From positions 2,580,001 to 2,612,000 of the forward strand of contig NZ_CP053627.1 of the NCBI RefSeq assembly GCF_013177435.1: 32,000 nt of DNA, in the 5' to 3' direction. The position numbers were made by a program, and so were the translations under genes. Shown piece by piece: positions 1 through 10,401 of this stretch (its first letter is position 1; every line of letters begins with the position of its first letter). A model generated the notes under the pieces. That model had not been told where the DNA came from, made no database searches, and saw nothing but the letters and a program-made list of their open reading frames with translations. This DNA is from Xylella taiwanensis (GTDB taxonomy: Bacteria > Pseudomonadota > Gammaproteobacteria > Xanthomonadales > Xanthomonadaceae).

Positions 1-3000
1 CGCGGTTGTTAATAAAGGTGCCGACTTCGCGCTGTAGGCCGCTGACGATGGTAAAGCCGGCTTTGATCTCTTGTTCGTTGAAGATCGGCTGCAGGGTGTG
101 GCTGGTGTCTTGGCCGGTGAGCACGTCGTGGTTGAGGGCGGCGATGGTCTCGGCGGCGGTCTGCCCGGTGCGGGCCTGTTGGCCGGCTTGGTCACGGATG
201 GTGATGGCGCCAGCGCTGATGCCGCTTTGGGTGGTGCTGTGGCTGGCGTCGCGGGCGTTGATGACGCCGGGGGGAGCCACGCTCACGCCGTGATAGCCCG
301 GCAGTTGGGTGCCAGGCACCTGTTCTGCGGTGGCGGCGCGGCCTTGTTGGTCGGTCCCCACGCCGCCGGGGCCGCGGCTGTAGCCGCCGCCTAGGCTCAC
401 GTGGCTGGCGCTGTAGGAGGCGTGGTTGTCCAGCGCTGTTTCGCTCAGGGTGGCGGTGTCCAGGACGTTCAGGCCCGCTTGGGCGGCGGCGGCGCTGGAG
501 GTGATCAGGCCGCCCATCAGGGTGGTGTGCCCGCCCACGGTCACTTGAAAGCCCCCATCACCAGCCAGCAGGCCGCTTTGTTCGGTAACGCTGCTGTAGT
601 CGCTGCGGATGGTGTGATGGTTGAGGTGGGCGCTGCCAGAAACACCAACCCCAGCGGTGAAGCTGCCGCCGATGCTTTGATCTTTGCTGCGGTACTGGTG
701 GGTGTCTTGGAGGCTTTCGATGTCTAGGTTGCCGCCAATGGTGGCCATCAGCTGGGGGGCGCTGGCCACGGCGCCGCGTAGGATGGTGTTGCCCCCAGAT
801 TCCAGCACCAGCAAGCGACCGCCCTGCACGCGGGTGTTGGTCCAGGTGACATCGGTACTGGCGCCGCTGCCTTTGGAGGCGCTGCCCTGGACGGTGAAGC
901 CGGCGCTGGCGCCGCCGGTGCCCAGGTTCACCGCCACTCCCACGCCGTGACCGCTGCCGCGGCTGTCGCGGGTCATCTGTTCGGTGTTTTTGGCCGCCGC
1001 CATGACAAGGTCGCCATCGGCTTTGAGGTGGGTGACGTTGCCAGCGCTGATCTGGGTGCCGCTCAGGGTCAGGGTGGACTGTTCACCGGCGCCGGTGGCG
1101 CTGATGGTGATGTTGCCGCCGGCGTGGAGGGTGGATGCAACGGCGCGGTCGCTGTGGGTGGTGGTGGTGCTGTGGTATTGGGTGGTGCCCAGGGTCGCCG
1201 TGAGGTTTACGCCGCCCAGGACCTTGGGGTCGCTGCCGATGGCATCTACGGCGTTTCTGGCGGCCAGGGCGGCGGTGATTCCCGCTAGGGCCTGGAGGCG
1301 GGGGGTGGAGGTCCGCCCGGCGGCCGCTGTCATGTGCTGGGTGGTTTGGAAGGCCGCAATCGCTGGATTGCTCAGGCTCGCGGTCAGGCCGCTTTGGCGA
1401 AACTTAGTTTCCTGAGTGGTGTGCTCGGTCTCACGGGCTTCGACAATGGCTACTTTTTTGCCGTGGATGTCAATGTTGCCTTCCGGGGCAATCAGGTCGA
1501 TGCCAGGGGCCTGGACGGCGCCTTTGCTGGAGGAGATGAAGATGTTGCCATTGAGGGCGGCCACGGTGTTGCCGGTCAAGTAGGTGGCGTGGTGGCTGCC
1601 TTGTTGGCTGGCTTTTTGGGAGCCCACGGTGAAGCCGGCGCCAGAACCGAACACGCCGCTGCGGCGCTGGGTGGTGCTGTAGCTGGAGCTGTGGGTGTTT
1701 TGGGCGCCGAACATGCCCACGCCGTGGGTGCCTTCAATGTGGGGGTTGCCATCGGCTATAAAGTCGGTGCCAACGCTGTAAACCTTGTCGCCTGTGACGG
1801 TGACCTTGGTGCCGCCCAGGACGCTGCCCAGGGCAATGGTGTCTTGGCTGCTGGCGGTGCTGTGGCTACGGCTGGAGCCCCATAGGCCGCTGCGCCGGCT
1901 GGTGCGTTCTTCTTGGCCGCTGCGCCGTTCTTGGCCGGCCACCAGGGCCACGGTGCCGTCAGCAGAACTGATGTTCAGCTTGCCTTGGCGGCTGTCCAGG
2001 GTCACGGCACGCCCGATGACGCCACCCTCGCCTTTGATGGTGACGTTGCCAGTGCCAGTAATACGGGTGCCTACTTCGCTGTCGCGGGTGCTGTGGATGC
2101 TGTTGCCCGGTCCTAGGGTGGCGGTGTTGGTTTCGCCCACGGCCACGGTGGCCATGTTGAGTTTGCCGGCGGCGGTGACGCTGCTGGTGCCGCCCGGGCC
2201 GGTGTTGCTGAAAGTGACGCCTTGCAGGGTCATGTCTTTGTCGGAAGTCACGTGCAGGGTGCCGCCGGGGCCGGTGACGCGAAAGGTCGATGGACGGTCG
2301 ATTTCGGTGCGGCTGAAGTGACGTTGGCCTGAGGTACTGTAGCCGCGTGTGGTGCTGCGGGCTATCAGGCCGCCAGCGGCGGTGACATCCAGTGAACTGC
2401 GGGCGCTGAATGTGCCGCCAATGTCGGTGAGGGTGTCTTTGGTATGCACTTTGACGTGGTCGGCGTCCATCTGGCCGCCTTCTTGGTGGATGTTGTCCGC
2501 GTCAATCGTGAGGCGGTCGCGCCCGGTGAGGGTGCCGGTGTTGGTGAGGGTGCCCGATAGGTCCATGGTGAGGCGGGCACCGGCCATGAGGGCGCCGTCG
2601 GTCTTCAGGTCCCCGCGGCGCGGGCGTAGGTAGACACGGGGCACCAGGGCGGTGGTGCTGGTGCCGTTGGGCAGGGTGACGGGTTGTTCCACCAGCCAGA
2701 CGATGTCGCTGGTGAGTTGGGCCATTTGGTCAGCGCTCAGGGCGATGCCGGGGCGTAGGCCGTAGTGCTGGGCAACGGTGACGCCGGCGTCCAGCAGGGC
2801 GCGGTATTGTTGGTCGTCGTTGGCGTAGCCGTCCAGCAAGCGCCGCCCGGTGAGTTGGGCGATTTGTTCGCGGATCAGGCGTTGTTCGTAAAAGCCGTCG
2901 CCAAGGCGTTTGTGCATGCTGGCCAGGGGGTCGTTCAGGGCCTGAAGTTGTCGGTCGGCGGTGGTCCGGTCGCTGCCGCCGCTAAAGTGTGGGTCGGTGA

Positions 3001-6000
3001 CGATGAGGCTGGCGGCGTCGGGATGGACGGTAAACAGGCGGTTGTTGGGCAGGATCAGGGGGCCAGGAACGGTGGTCGCGGTGGCCCAGGACGGGGCAGC
3101 CACGCTGATCGGGGCGTTGTCGGTGTGCAGGGTCGGTAGGCGGGCGTCCGCCAGGTCCTGCAGGGTGGTGTCGGGGATGGTCAGCGGGAGCTGGCTCTCC
3201 ACGGATAAGGCGGGCTCCTCGGCAGACTGGTCCGTGGTCGGAGCCGGGGTGAGCTCGGGCATCAGCGGCATCGGGGGGCTGGTGTGCAGGTCGCCCAGGG
3301 GTGGGTGTTCGACGTGGGTGGTGGTATGCAGGGATTGCAGGCGGTTGTTGACATCCACGGCGGCGATGTATTGGTGGCCGCCGCTGGTGATGCGCCCGCC
3401 AATTTGGCCGATGGTGTAGCGCTGGGACGGCATGGTCCAGGTCTCGGCGGCGCCGGCGTAGGTGTAGCTGATGTTGTTGAACTGCGTGGTGCGCGACAGT
3501 TCAGCGGTGAGGTTGTCGATGAGGCTGGCTTTGCTGTACTCCGGGGCTTTTTCGGGGTCCTTGGGCGGGTGTGGCGGCAGGCCAACGATGGTCTGGTCGC
3601 CACCGGCAAGGATGTCGGCGTAGTGGTTGGCCAGGCGGTCGACCTGGACGAACATGGCGCCGCCAGATTGGATCAGCGCCGCGGCGCCAGCGCCCGGTTG
3701 CAGGATGTCGTCGACGGTGGTCTTGGTGGCGTGGCGGTACTGTTCGTTGGTTTTGACATCCGTGGGGCCGCGGCGCATGTGGGTCAGGGTGTGGTCCGGG
3801 TCGGTGTAGTCACGCCAGGTGATCAGCCGGACGCAGTCGGTACGGCAGGTGCCGTAGGCCGGGTCGTAGGTCAGGACTTCGTCTTGGTAGGTGATGTGGA
3901 CGTCTTGTTGGCGTTCGTTTTTTTGGGGGGTGTCCAGGCCGGCCCAGGCGCTGCCCTGCCGGGCGGCGCTTTGGACTTGGTCGGGGTTGGGTTGTTGGTC
4001 TTGGCGGTCGGTGTAGTACAGCACGACGATGCCTTCGCGCTGGCTCAGGTCCAGGCGCTGGCGTTGGCCGCGGGCGGCATACAGGCCGCCGCGGGCATAC
4101 AGGTAGGCGCTGGTCTGCGGGGTCAGGCGCACCACGGCGCGGTGGATGATGTAGCCGTCCGGGGTGGTATAGGGTTCGTCTTGGAGGATGTCGTTGGGGT
4201 TGAGGTAGTAGATCTCGTGGGCGTCGTAGTTGCTGGTGAGAGTGAAGTCCGCGTCATTGTTGCGTTGGTTGTCGCGCCAGGCCGGTTGGGACATGCGTAC
4301 GGTGGTGCTCACGCCGGGCGCCTGGGTGAGGTGGACGTTGTCGCGGATGTTGTTGAGGGTGGTGGTGGTGATGTCCAAGGCGCCGTCCACGTCAATGGTG
4401 GCGCTGCGGTTGTCCAGCAGGGTGGCGCTGCCGGTGGCGTGGCGATCGCTATCCAAGGTGCCGCCAATGGCGGCATCGCCGGCGCTGTAGATCAGGGCGG
4501 CGCCGCTGTTACGCACGGTGGCCGCGCCAATGTCCAGGCGTTCGCGGGCGGCAATGGTGGCGGCGTGGGTCTGGCCGGCGGTGGATTCATCGCGGTTGGT
4601 GAGGGTCTGGGCCTGGAGGGCGAGGTGGTCGCCGTAGAGGCGCGCGGTGCCAATGTTGTCGAGGGTGGCGGCCTGGAGGTGGGTGGTGGCCGCATCAATC
4701 AGGCCGCGGTTGCTCAGGGTCGCAGTGGCGGTCAGTTGGGCCTGGCCGCTGGCGGTGATTTGGCCGGTGGCAGCGTTGTCAATGGTGCGGGCCTGCAGGG
4801 TCAGGTCGCCGGTGTGCAGCAGGCCGGCGTTGCTGAAGGTGTCCGCGGCGCTGAGCTGGGCTTGGCCGCTGGCAAGGATCTGGGCGGCGGCAGCGTTATC
4901 GATGCGCTGGGCGTGCAGGGTCAGGTCACGGCCCTGAAGCAGGCCGCTGTTGCTCAGGGTCGCGGTGGCGGTGAGTTGGGCTTGGCCGCTGGCAGCCATC
5001 TGCCCGGTGGCCACGTTATCGATGCGCTGGGCCTGCAGGGTCAGGTCACGGCCCTGAAGCAGGCCGCTGTTGCTCAGGGTCTCGGTCGCGGTGAGTTGGG
5101 CCTGGCCGCTGGCAGCCATCTGCCCGGTGGCCACGTTATCGATGTTCTGGGCGTGCAGGGTCAGGTCACGGCCCTGAAGCAGGCCGCTGTTGGTGAGGGT
5201 CTCGGTCGCGGTGAGTTGGGCTTGGCCGCTGGCAGTCATCTGCCCGGTGGCAGCGTTGTCAATGGTGCGGGCCTGCAGGGTCAGGTCGCCGGTGTGCAGC
5301 AGGCCAGCGTTGCTGAAGGTGTCCGCGGCGCTGAGCTGGGCTTGGCCGCTGGCAGCCATCTGCCCGGTGGCAGCGTTGTCAATGCGCTGGGCGTGCAGGG
5401 TCAGGTCGCCGGTGTGCAGCAGGCCGGCGTTGCTGAAGGTGTCCGCGGCGCTGAGCTGGGCTTGGCCGCTGGCAGCCATCTGCCCGGTGGCCACGTTATC
5501 GATGCGCTGGGCGTGCAGGGTCAGGTCCGCCGCCTGGATAAGGCCGCGGTTGTGCAGGGCCCCGGCGGTACGCACGGTGAGCAGGCCGGCGGCGCTGAGG
5601 GTGCCGCCGTTGTCCAGACCTTCCTGCAGGGCCAGGGTCAGGGCGGTGCCAGCATGCAGCAGGCCGGCGCCGCTGAAGGCGCTCAGGTGCAGGCTTTGGG
5701 CGCCGCCACTCAGCAGGGTGCCGGCTTGGTTGGTCAGTTGGGCGGCACTCAGCTGTAGGGTGCCGCCGGCAGTGAGGCGTCCGGCGGTGTTCTGCAGGGC
5801 GCCGCGTAGGGTCAGGGCGATGTCTTGGGCAGCGCTGAGGTGGCCATCGCGGTTATCCAGGGTGGTGCTGTCGATCTGCAGGTGGGTGGCGTGCAGGCCG
5901 GTGGCCGGGGCGGCGGTGTCACGGGGGCGGGAGCCAGGGTCCGGGGCCGCAGGGGTCGTTCGGTTGTCCAGGGTGGTGGTGGTGATCGCCAGGGCCCCGG

Positions 6001-8080
6001 CGGCGCTGATCAGGCCGTCGTGGTTGTCCAGGCGGTTGTCTAGGTGCAGGCGCGCATCCGCGCCGCTGTGCAGGCGTCCGCCGGTGTTGCTCAGGGTGTG
6101 GGCGTCGATCTGGAGACCGTTGGCGCCGCCAAGTTGGCCGCCAGCGGTGTTGTCAATGTGGGTGCTGTGCAGCTGGGTGGCGGCTTGGGAGAATACTTGG
6201 CCGCCGTGGTTGTTTAGGGTGGCGCTGCGCAGGTCGAGGGCGCCGCCAGCCAGTAGGGCGCCGCCGGCGCTGTTGTCCAGAAGGTGCGGGCCGGTGTCGA
6301 TGCGCAGGGCAGTGGCCGCTTGCACCAGGCCGGCACGGTTGTCTAGGACGCCGCTGTGCAGGGTCACGGTGCCGCTGGTGCTGCCCAGGCGGCCACCGCG
6401 GTTGTCCAAGGGTTGGTTTTGGGTGTACAGGGTCACTTGGGCGCCGCTCAGGGTGCCGGCGCGGTTGGTCAGGCCGGCGCTGCTGAGCCAGAGGGCTTCG
6501 CGACTCTGCAGCAGGCCGGCGCTGTTGTCCAGCAGGCCGCTCAGGTGCAGCTGCGCTGCGCCGGCCGCGTCCAGGGTGCCGTGTTGGTTGAACACGGTGG
6601 CCGCGCTCAGGCGCAGGTCTTGGCCGCTGGACAGGGTGCCGTTGTCTTGGTTGTTGAGGGTGCCAGTAACGTGCAGGTCCAGCAGACCGGTGGCGGTGTG
6701 CAGGACGCCGCCGCGGTTGTCCAGGGTGCTGGCGTGCAGGGTGCCAGGGCCGCTGAGCAGCAGCTGGCCTTGGGTGTTGTCCCAGGTGCCGGTGGTCAGG
6801 GTGGCCGGGCCAGTGAGCAATAGATGGCCGCCGCGGTTGTCTAGGGCTTGGGTGGCCTCCAGGCGGCTGGCGCCGGGGCCGGTGCTGTGCAGGGTGCCGC
6901 CGCGGTTATCCAGGGTGGCGGTGTGTAGGTCCAGCACGCCGTTGGTGGCGATGCTGCCGCCACGGTTGTCCAGGCGGGTGCGGGCCTCCAGTTGGAGGGC
7001 TTGGTCTGACTGGGCGGTAAGTTGGCCGCCGGCGGTGCTGAGGACGCCGGTACGGATGCTCACGTGCTGGGCCCAGGTGGTGCCTTGGCTCAGGTCGGTC
7101 TGGGTGCCGGTGATGCTCAGGGCGCCTTGGCTGCTCAGGGTGCCGCCGGGGCCGAAAAGGGTGGCGGCGTCGATCTGCAGGGACCCCTGCCCGCTGTGCT
7201 GTACGGTGCCGCCGCTGTTATCCAGGGTGGTGGCGTTGAGGGTGAGGGCGCTGCCGGTGCTGGATAGGGTGCCAGTGGTGTTGTCTAGCAGGCCACCAAT
7301 GCGCAGGTGGGCCGCCTGGGGGCCGGTGTGGAGGAGTTGGCCGCCACGGTTGTTGAGCTGGTGGGTCTGTAGGTCCAGGGCGCCGCTGGCCTGAAGTTGG
7401 CCGGCGTCATTAGTAAGTTGCCCGGTCTGCAGGGTCAGAGCGTTAGCCGCGCTGGCCAGCACGCCGTGTTGGTTGTCCAGTAGGCCATCAATGCGCAGGT
7501 GGGCCGCCTGGGGGCCGGTGTGGAGGAATTGGCCGCCACGGTTGCTGAACTGTTGGGTGTTCAGGGCCAGGGCGCCGCTGGCCTGAAGTTGGCCGGCGTC
7601 ATTAGTAAGTTGCCCGGTCTGCAGGGTCAGAGCGTTAGCCGCGCTGGCCAGCACGCCGTGTTGGTTGTCCAGTAGGCCATCAATGCGCAGGTGGGCCGCC
7701 TGGGGGCCGGTGTGGAGGAATTGGCCGCCACGGTTGTTGAACTGTTGGGTGTTCAGGTCCAGGGCGCCGCTGGCTTGGAGTTGCCCAGCGGCGTTGTTGA
7801 CCACTTGGCTGTGAATGAGGGCCTCTGCTGCAAGGTGCAGGATGCCGTGACGGTTATCCAACCCTTGGCCTTGCAGGGTCAGTTGGTTCAGGGCGGCGTG
7901 GCCGTGGCGGTTGTCCAGGCCGCTCAGGGTGGCGTTGATGGCGCCGCCAGCCGTGATGAGGCCGCCGCGGTTGTCAATGTCACTCTCTAGGGTCAGGCGA
8001 CCGTCGGCCAGCAGGGAGATGGCAGGGGGGGACGCAGGCAGGGGGGAGGTGTCGTTGCCAGGAGGTTCAATGGCAACGGA
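1..8080 (-). CDS. Body of a giant two-partner-secretion exoprotein (filamentous haemagglutinin / CdiA-BcpA-like). Partial: the 3-prime end lies beyond the left window edge. It is in frame with the TPS-domain ORF only if the C-tract at 8082-8091 changes length.
   Basis: I hand-translated the minus-strand frame with codon first bases = 1 mod 3 at 8080-7560, 5520-5400, 3420-1 and 60-1, and it is open throughout. It gives FHA-type repeats (LDNRHGxL, LTLQTGQLTNDAGQLQASGAL) and 40-aa repeats (LHAQRIDNVATGQMAASGQAQLSAADTFSNAGLLHTGD). It also gives the conserved CdiA/FhaB block NNRLFTVHP..VTDPHF..KRLGDGFYEQRLIREQIAQLTGRRLLDGY..QQYRALLDAGV..LRPGIALSADQMAQLTSDIVWLVEQPVTLPNGT..LVPRVYL. The ORF track lists no complete minus ORF in this frame, which fits a frame that never meets a stop inside the window. 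Confidence 0.85.
4700..5530. repeat. About 7 tandem copies of a 120-bp (40-codon) unit inside the exoprotein gene
   Basis: The string tcaggtc recurs at 4801, 4921, 5041, 5161, 5281, 5401 and 5521, at exactly 120-bp spacing. Long stretches are identical between units, and two sequence subtypes alternate. Confidence 0.9.
7297..7785. repeat. About 2.5 tandem copies of a 192-bp (64-codon) unit inside the exoprotein gene
   Basis: caatgcgcaggtgggccgcctgggggccggtgtggagga begins at 7297, 7489 and 7681. ctgaagttggccggcgtcattagtaagttgcccggtctgcagggtcagagcgttagcc begins at 7391 and 7583. The two central copies are nearly identical. Confidence 0.9.
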
Positions 8081-9437
8081 AGGGGGGGGGGCTGCCAGGA
8101 GGCTCAACGGCGACGGGAGGGGCGCTGGGGCCGGTGGGCAGGTCCGTGGAGGGAGGCTGCCCGATAGACGGCCCCTCCACAGCTCCCAGGCGGCCTTGGG
8201 CTTGGTTGTCGAACTGCTGGGCTTGGATGGATAGGGGTTGGGCGCCGGTTTGTTCCAGGCGACCGCCGCGGTTGTCCAGGGTGGCGCCGCTCAGGTCCAG
8301 TCGAGCGGCGTTGAGGGTGCCGCTGCGGTTGTCAATGTCGGCCTGAGTGTGCAGGTGCAGGGTCTGGGCAGCACTGATCAGGCCGCTGTTGCCAACCCCC
8401 TGTGTCGCGTTCAGGTGCGTGTCTGTGGCCGCTTGCAGGCGACCACTGTTGTCTAGGCGGCCATCCACCGTGACCACCAGTTCACCGGACTGGGCCGTCA
8501 TGGCGCCAGCATGACGGACGCCTAAGCCGTGTTCGGTGCCTATCAGGGTGATCTTGCCGGCGTACATCCCGCCCAGGGCCGATACATCCAGGGCAAAGGC
8601 CGGAGGCGCCGCCGCGCCAGGCAGGGAGACAGCCGCGCTACCGTCAGCCGGCACGGAGGCAGCGCCAATGCTCCCCTGCAGTTGCTGGGCCCATAGGCCA
8701 GCGTTGAGCTGTATGGAGCGGGTGATCAGGGCGGTGTAGTCAGCCGTGCGGCTGTCCAGGCCAGCGCCGTCCAGGCGAATAGCACCGCCTTGAACGCGGT
8801 AGCTCTCTAAGGCGCCGCCAGCATCAAACTCGGGAGCTCCCGTGCTCAGGGTGAAACGGCTGGCGTTGAGCACCCCGCAGCCGCTGCAGGTGATCCCAGA
8901 AGGGTTGGCAATGATCACTTGGGCGCGGGCGCCAGCCACTTCCACCATGCCATGCAATTGGCTGGGTTGGGCGCTGTTTACTTCGTTAAGAATCACCCGG
9001 GCGGTGCCGGTCGCCAGCCAGGGGTTGCCCGGTACCCAGCCGCCCAGGTGTGTTTGGGTTTGGGTGCGGGCGTTGTTGAGAATCGCGCCAGAGGCGCCCA
9101 CGTCTAGCTGTTGGTAGGTGTTGCGCGATACTCCCGCCTGGCTGGGGGTTTGAATATTGATCAGGGCAACACCAGGGGACGCTTCCAAAATCGTGGGGCG
9201 CTGCGTCCCGGGGGCCTGGGGATCGGCCACCACTTGGGCGCCAGCCAGGCTGCACACCCCAACCCAACCCAGGCTCAACCATAATCCAAAGGACACTGCA
9301 CGCACTTGCGCGGTCTGTCGGCGCGCTAGCTGCGGTGAGGTGCCCGCGGCGCTACCGCGTGGAACAGCCAGTTCTGAAGCCACTTGCCATAGGCGCAGGG
9401 CGCGGTTGTAGATCAGGCGGTACAGGTCCTTGTTCAT
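8067..9437 (-). CDS. N-terminal part of the same TpsA exoprotein: extended signal peptide (ESPR) + TPS secretion domain + first FHA repeats. As sequenced it terminates at 8067 after the C10 tract.
   Basis: This is track ORF 8067..9497. The likely true start is the ATG at 9437 (MNKDLYRLIYNRALRLWQVASELA = ESPR motif), preceded by aagga. TPS-domain signatures are present: ILNEVNSAQPSQLHGMVEVAG, ANPSGITCSGCGVLNASRFTLSTG, GKITLIGTEHGLGVR. Confidence 0.9.
   Translation of the reverse strand: MNKDLYRLIYNRALRLWQVASELAVPRGSAAGTSPQLARRQTAQVRAVSFGLWLSLGWVGVCSLAGAQVVADPQAPGTQRPTILEASPGVALINIQTPSQAGVSRNTYQQLDVGASGAILNNARTQTQTHLGGWVPGNPWLATGTARVILNEVNSAQPSQLHGMVEVAGARAQVIIANPSGITCSGCGVLNASRFTLSTGAPEFDAGGALESYRVQGGAIRLDGAGLDSRTADYTALITRSIQLNAGLWAQQLQGSIGAASVPADGSAAVSLPGAAAPPAFALDVSALGGMYAGKITLIGTEHGLGVRHAGAMTAQSGELVVTVDGRLDNSGRLQAATDTHLNATQGVGNSGLISAAQTLHLHTQADIDNRSGTLNAARLDLSGATLDNRGGRLEQTGAQPLSIQAQQFDNQAQGRLGAVEGPSIGQPPSTDLPTGPSAPPVAVEPPGSPPPFRCH
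8082..8091. repeat. G10 (+) / C10 (coding strand) homopolymer at the frame break of the TpsA gene
   Basis: Counted directly: a-gggggggggg-c at 8081-8092. The upstream frame reads GSPPPFRCH-stop. The frame one base on reads SVAIEPPGNDTSPLP... and stays open to the window edge. A tract of 9 or 12 C would fuse the two parts. Confidence 0.9.
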
Positions 9438-9505
9438 CCATAGTCCTTGTGATGAGGGAGGATCCCGAACGCCCAGGTCAGGTGAGGGATGCTCCATGAG
9501 ATAAG

Positions 9506-9519
9506 GTGATATTTATCAC
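9506..9519. promoter_or_regulatory. 14-bp palindrome GTGATA-TT-TATCAC in the exoprotein 5-prime region; possible operator next to a -10-like element
   Basis: It has perfect 6-bp arms and lies 69-82 bp upstream of the ATG at 9437. On the coding strand it directly follows ggattaaaat (a -10-like element). The half-sites resemble the TGATAAT/ATTATCA logic of Fur-type boxes, but the site is shorter. Confidence 0.25.
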
Positions 9520-9958
9520 ATTTTAATCCGGCCAGCGTAAAAATGTGCTAAGCCGTGCGCGGACATTCCACTCACGCCAACTTCAGAAAAACACTCAGGC
9601 TCAGTTCGAAAAGTACAGCACACACTCCACATCCAAACTCTCCGCACCCGGCTTAAATACGCGGGGCGCTGGAGCTGTTGCTGGATGCATGGGATGTATT
9701 TGTGGGTACGTGGCCGGATCAGCTGTGCGGGGTGCCAACGATCAGTCAGCGCTACAGTACCGGCACGACGTGCGTACCCGTGGCCGGTGCTCGGCTGCTC
9801 GATAGTCGGCTGACTGTGGAGAACAGCAGCGACAATCGCAGCTCTCTGAGTATCTCTGGTCGCATCACAATAAGGCCGCTACCGCCCAAGCAGCGCAGCG
9901 GCGCTGGCACCATGAACCCGCTGAGAACGTCGAGCGCGAAAAGATCCTACGAGCGGCG

Positions 9959-10285
9959 ATGTCTGAGTTGTCGTTACAGATTGTCGCGTTTGTTCGCGAG
10001 CATGGCCGTATGACGCTCGGCAAGACCATGAAGCTGAGCAGGGCCAGCCGCACCACGCTCAAGCCGCATGTCCGTGCACTGGTCGTAAGCGGCACGCTGC
10101 ACCAGCATGGTCGTGGCCGTAGGGTTTGGTACGACTTGCGCTGCGGGTCAGCGGGGACGCGGGTTCGATTCCAGTGCGTGGATGTGAACTGGTTGCGCAA
10201 AGCAGCCAATGTTGCGGCTGCATATCGGCCACCCATCGGTCCGAAAGCCTGCTTGATCATGCGCTGCCGCATGAGGCAAAGGTAG
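9959..10285 (+). pseudogene. Remnant of a winged-helix DNA-binding domain, of the type found at the C-terminus of Fic- or AlbA_2/HATPase-type regulators. Only about 61 codons look protein-like.
   Basis: MSELSLQIVAFVREHGRMTLGKTMKLSRASRTTLKPHVRALVVSGTLHQHGRGRRVWYDL fits the wHTH pattern ending GRGxxxxYxL. The frame is open upstream to 9806 (..EREKILRAA) with no catalytic domain. After 10141 the translation turns into Arg/Cys-rich noise and runs through the tRNA-like 20-mer. Confidence 0.35.
10153..10172 (+). other. tRNA/tmRNA 3-prime (T-arm)-like 20-mer GGGGACGCGGGTTCGATTCC without a complete RNA gene; possible att scar of an integrated island
   Basis: GGACGCGGGTTCGATTCC matches the T-arm start of proteobacterial tmRNA and many tRNAs. 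The following bases, AGTGCGTGGATG, do not complete the T-stem (one G.A mismatch). No complementary 5-prime acceptor strand (TCCACGC) is present about 70 nt upstream. Confidence 0.35.
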
Positions 10286-10401
10286 GCTTCTGGATCGCGT
10301 TCGCACGGGTTCAGCGCAGCTTGCAGCGCTTGGATTCCGGACTTATCAAGCGTTGTTTCAAGGGTCGTTTGGTGTGGGATATCACCCCACCGCCACTATT
10401 C

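Noticed and set aside
3284-7394. Very long plus-strand ORFs 3284..5758 (824 aa) and 5190..7394 (734 aa), plus many shorter plus ORFs between 6 and 8456
   Set aside because: They are antisense to the exoprotein gene. Their translations are Gly/Ala/Val/Arg/Cys-rich low-complexity strings (GLAAGSHLPGGHVIDALGVQGQV.., AVSWAWPLAVICPVAALSM..) produced by the GC-rich repeats. The minus frame gives canonical TPS/FHA sequence.
10090-10185. A complete tRNA or tmRNA gene around the GGTTCGATTCC motif
   Set aside because: The T-stem has a mismatch. The 3-prime acceptor strand (GCGTGGA) has no complementary strand ~70 nt upstream. There is no CCA or plausible anticodon arm, and no tmRNA tag-coding or 5-prime GGGG..acceptor region in the preceding 350 nt.
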